Source: Acinetobacter phage ZZ1. Taken from it: a DNA stretch of 64,000 nucleotides. Of the stretch, positions 61,483 to 64,000 are shown piece after piece. The notes below the pieces were generated by a model that saw nothing but the letters and a program-made list of their open reading frames with translations, did not search any database and was not told the DNA's origin. The translations under genes and the position numbers were made by a program. The stretch lies in sequence record NC_018087.3; one strand, 5' to 3'. The stretch's first letter is position 1. Each line of letters starts with the position of its first letter.

Positions 61483-61985
61483 TTTGGATCAACTCCATAA
61501 AATTTATTACAAAACTCCATTAAATTATCACGAGATTCAAAGGCCTCATCTGTAATAGAATCTAACATTTTACTACGAGCTTCTGGGTCCATAGTGCGTA
61601 ATGGTGATAACAATTCAGACAGTTTGCGAGCTGAACGTCGAGCAATTTGTTGCTTTGCTTCATGTTCATACCATTTTTTGATTTCATCTATTTCTGCTTC
61701 TTCAACAATAAAATCTGGTACCATTAACCCTACACTCATATGCGAGTCTTGTGTATAACGAGTTTCTCCTTTCTTTTTATAGCCAAATACGTAACGATAT
61801 TTGCCATCAAGAATACTAATTGATGCATAATCATCCATTTGGCCATCTAATTTATATCGAAGTTGAAGATCATTTATGCGACCAAAGGTAAATTCTTTGA
61901 ATACATCAGTTAAGAATGTTGTACGCTTCTTTAAAAAATTAATGTGTTCTTGAAACTGCTTGGCAGAATATTGTTGACGACTCAT
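61479..61985 (-). CDS. hypothetical protein
   Basis: 168-aa ORF. Confidence 0.45.
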   Translation of the reverse strand: MSRQQYSAKQFQEHINFLKKRTTFLTDVFKEFTFGRINDLQLRYKLDGQMDDYASISILDGKYRYVFGYKKKGETRYTQDSHMSVGLMVPDFIVEEAEIDEIKKWYEHEAKQQIARRSARKLSELLSPLRTMDPEARSKMLDSITDEAFESRDNLMEFCNKFYGVDPK

Positions 61986-62867
61986 TTAAATTTCCTCATA
62001 CTCAATTAGAGTTTTACCATTAAATTTGCTACGATGTTCCTTGTACTTGTAGCCCACATATTTTGCAGCATCTTTACGACTATACAAAATATTATCAATA
62101 ACTACATAATCATCAAGATTGCCGAATGTGCCGAAGCCTTCTGAAGGAATCCAGTTCTCCATCGCTTCAAGGTAATTATTTGCACACGTACGGAAAGTAT
62201 TACACTTTCTATACTTGACGTTGTTTCGTATTTTACGGCAAATCTTACTAATATGTACACCGCCTTTTGAATGTTTTCTAATCAAACGAACAACATTATT
62301 TTTCGCACGACGGTACCCTTCCCAATTGCAATGACGATGAATAGGATCATACCAAGCTGCAGCCAATGCAACATCAATATGTGCAAACTCTGGGTCGAAC
62401 CAACGGTAAACCGTATTACTCTGACTAAGAGTCTTAAGCTTATGATATGAAACATGTTTTGTATCAATCCAAAGCTCAATACCTGTTTCAGGGTCTAAAT
62501 CGTCTTCAGGATCATAATCATAATTATAGTCAAAATAGTTCATCATATCGGATGAACATGCATCAAATGCAGTATCATCCCAAGATGTTCCAAATGGTGC
62601 GTAATCAATAGACCATTTATACTTAACAGCTTCATACGTAAAGTGTGAACCGCAACGACTAACTTCAGCAATCATAGAACGAGTTAAATTGAGGCTATTC
62701 TCTTCTGCGAAATACATAATTTCATCAAAATCAAGAGGATGCATCGCTTCTTCACATTTTGCATTTAGTGTTTTACACAGAGCAATAGCTTCACTTGCTT
62801 CGGGTAAAATACAAACAATATTTTTGTGATGCTCGTAATCCTTTAAAAACACAACAAAATGATTCAT
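61986..62867 (-). CDS. hypothetical protein (paralogous region shared with 60482..61195)
   Basis: 293-aa ORF. Confidence 0.45.
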   Translation of the reverse strand: MNHFVVFLKDYEHHKNIVCILPEASEAIALCKTLNAKCEEAMHPLDFDEIMYFAEENSLNLTRSMIAEVSRCGSHFTYEAVKYKWSIDYAPFGTSWDDTAFDACSSDMMNYFDYNYDYDPEDDLDPETGIELWIDTKHVSYHKLKTLSQSNTVYRWFDPEFAHIDVALAAAWYDPIHRHCNWEGYRRAKNNVVRLIRKHSKGGVHISKICRKIRNNVKYRKCNTFRTCANNYLEAMENWIPSEGFGTFGNLDDYVVIDNILYSRKDAAKYVGYKYKEHRSKFNGKTLIEYEEI

Positions 62868-62883
62868 TTAACTCTCCAATAGT

Positions 62884-63189
62884 TTAAGTAGAAGATTGTC
62901 TTTCTTTATAATATGATGATACAACATTTGGATGAATCTTGCCTTGTGCCAATTTCATCACATAATGAATAAAAAACTTCTCGTCCATTTCCATAATGTC
63001 AATTTTATTTTCTGTAAAATATTCATCCAAATGTGGTTTACTAAATGTAAAGTAATCATATGTTAATGCATTTTGACGAACATATTCCATTGCATTTGGG
63101 CGATGTTTATTTTCAGTGTATACTTTAGCGCTAATCATTCCCCAAGCATACATTTCTTCAAAGTTTTTAGGTTCAGTGCGTAATGACAT
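62884..63189 (-). CDS. hypothetical protein
   Basis: 101-aa ORF. Confidence 0.45.
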   Translation of the reverse strand: MSLRTEPKNFEEMYAWGMISAKVYTENKHRPNAMEYVRQNALTYDYFTFSKPHLDEYFTENKIDIMEMDEKFFIHYVMKLAQGKIHPNVVSSYYKERQSST

Positions 63190-63430
63190 TTTGAATAGCC
63201 TCGATAATTTTTGGATAATTTGAACGAATATTAACTTTTAAACCCTTTGAGGTAATTTCAATTTTAATTCTACAAATCGATTCATAACCTCGTACGAATT
63301 CTGTACACATATAATTTTGTGTATAATGAATTTCTACATCATTTGGATACCCAAATTCTGCCAAAATTGCATTTGTTACTGCTTCTTTAATAGCATATTC
63401 GTACGCCAGTACTCGATTTATTAAACTCAT
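63173..63430 (-). CDS. hypothetical protein
   Basis: 85-aa ORF preceded by AATGAGGAAATCAAT plus ATG. Confidence 0.45.
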   Translation of the reverse strand: MSLINRVLAYEYAIKEAVTNAILAEFGYPNDVEIHYTQNYMCTEFVRGYESICRIKIEITSKGLKVNIRSNYPKIIEAIQNVITH

Positions 63431-63445
63431 ATTGATTTCCTCATT

Positions 63446-63479
63446 TGGAATTTCATGAAATTATATCATGAAATTCCAA
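63446..63479 (-). promoter_or_regulatory. 13-bp inverted repeat (ttggaatttcatg / catgaaattccaa) with a GATATAAT-like box in the loop region
   Basis: Lies between the stop at 63487 and the start at 63430. A nested palindrome aatttcatgaaatt is also present. Confidence 0.4.
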
Positions 63480-63486
63480 TAATGTG

Positions 63487-64000
63487 TTAACGTAATTGTG
63501 TTACTTCTGCAATTTCTTTCCAATTATGTTCATCAGTTTTAACAAAACTTGCAAGATATAATGCTGTACGTAAACTAACATTACGTAAGCGAGAAATATT
63601 GGATTTCATCCACTCTAAAATTTCTAAAGTTTCAGATTCAAGTAATCCTGCTTTAAACATCATATCAGTATTTAAAATTACGTCTTCAACACGGACCATA
63701 ATTTCTTCGTTTGTATGAACACCTAAATCAAGATAAACTGAACGTGAAATAAGAGCATCTAAATGTGGAGCCAACTTGCTTCCACGAGACAATTCACGAT
63801 CAAAATCAACATTTGAAATAAACACAATTGTACCTTCAAATTCAAATTCAAGTGGAATTCCTTCATCTTTAAGGTAAGATGAAGCAGTAGACCAACATAC
63901 TTTACGAGTTTCAGAAGTATCCAACGCTGCTTTAAGAAGATTTAAAGCGTCTTCTGAAGAAAATACATCAACATCATCAAGAACTAATACAGAATTTGAA
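63487..64000 (-). CDS. partial CDS running off the window edge (N-terminus missing); Walker-B-like VLVLDDVD suggests a P-loop/AAA-type ATPase
   Basis: The track start at 63924 is a TTG. The frame stays open to position 64000 and reads ...SNSVLVLDDVDVFSSEDALNLLKAALDTSETRK... upstream of the track start. Confidence 0.4.
   Translation of the reverse strand, partial: SNSVLVLDDVDVFSSEDALNLLKAALDTSETRKVCWSTASSYLKDEGIPLEFEFEGTIVFISNVDFDRELSRGSKLAPHLDALISRSVYLDLGVHTNEEIMVRVEDVILNTDMMFKAGLLESETLEILEWMKSNISRLRNVSLRTALYLASFVKTDEHNWKEIAEVTQLR

Noticed and set aside
4010-62479. Nested or out-of-frame minus-strand ORFs (4010..4471, 6548..6820, 7727..7930, 10082..10285, 11738..12022, 20526..20798, 21375..21626, 22364..22552, 23631..23840, 28706..28903, 30328..30528, 38794..39045, 42447..42641, 43003..43230, 43772..43996, 49676..49909, 60586..60840 and 62282..62479)
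   Set aside because: They sit entirely within longer ORFs that have recognisable homology or coherent coupling to their neighbours. Their translations are Leu/Ile/Lys-rich low-complexity sequence.
1-64000. CRISPR arrays, transposases and integrases
   Set aside because: No direct-repeat/spacer periodicity and no DDE or tyrosine-recombinase-like ORFs were seen. The repeats that do exist are dispersed palindromic hairpins and promoter leaders.

Overview
This window reads as the early/replication region of a T4-like (Tevenvirinae-type) myovirus. It is AT-rich, tightly packed, and essentially every credible gene is on the minus strand, with frequent ATGA/TAATG start-stop overlaps. In the direction of transcription (high to low coordinates) the T4 core order is preserved: gp55 late sigma, gp47/gp46 (SbcCD-like), gp45 clamp, gp44/gp62 clamp loader, regA, DNA polymerase gp43, gp41 helicase, gp61 primase, gp56 dCTPase, dda, dexA, topoisomerase II large subunit (39/60 fused) and rIIA. 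EndoVII (gp49), two CxxC redoxins including NrdC, and RNA ligase 2 are also present. Between these anchors sit hyperplastic blocks of small ORFs of unknown function.

The most striking feature is that the PolB gene is split into two ORFs. The N-terminal ORF (46790..48298) carries the exonuclease motifs and motif A. The C-terminal ORF (43701..44885) carries motifs B and C. A 1.9-kb block of six small ORFs separates them.

The expected 40/uvsX/42 genes are missing between gp41 and gp43. An 8.7-kb accessory block separates gp61 from gp41.

Several accessory genes are unusual for a phage:
- an SMR/EmrE-like transporter
- a membrane-anchored J-domain protein
- a macro-domain protein at the T4 modA/modB position
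- a SLOG/DprA-like protein next to a P-loop NTPase
- a Tpt1/KptA C-lobe-like ORF
- a nucleotidyltransferase-fold protein
- a glutathionylspermidine-synthetase-like ATP-grasp protein
- a calcineurin-like phosphoesterase between gp46 and gp47
- several paralogous small-gene families

The intergenic DNA is highly structured. It contains a two-copy element about 110 nt long built from three covarying hairpins, present in opposite orientations. It also contains a family of CCAGG..TATGTACATA..CCTGG palindromic hairpins, hairpins carrying TATAAT-like boxes in their loops, and duplicated promoter/leader cassettes.

At least five short ORFs (35-56 aa) below the ORF-track size cutoff show ATGA-type translational coupling. 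No tRNA, CRISPR array or transposase was found.
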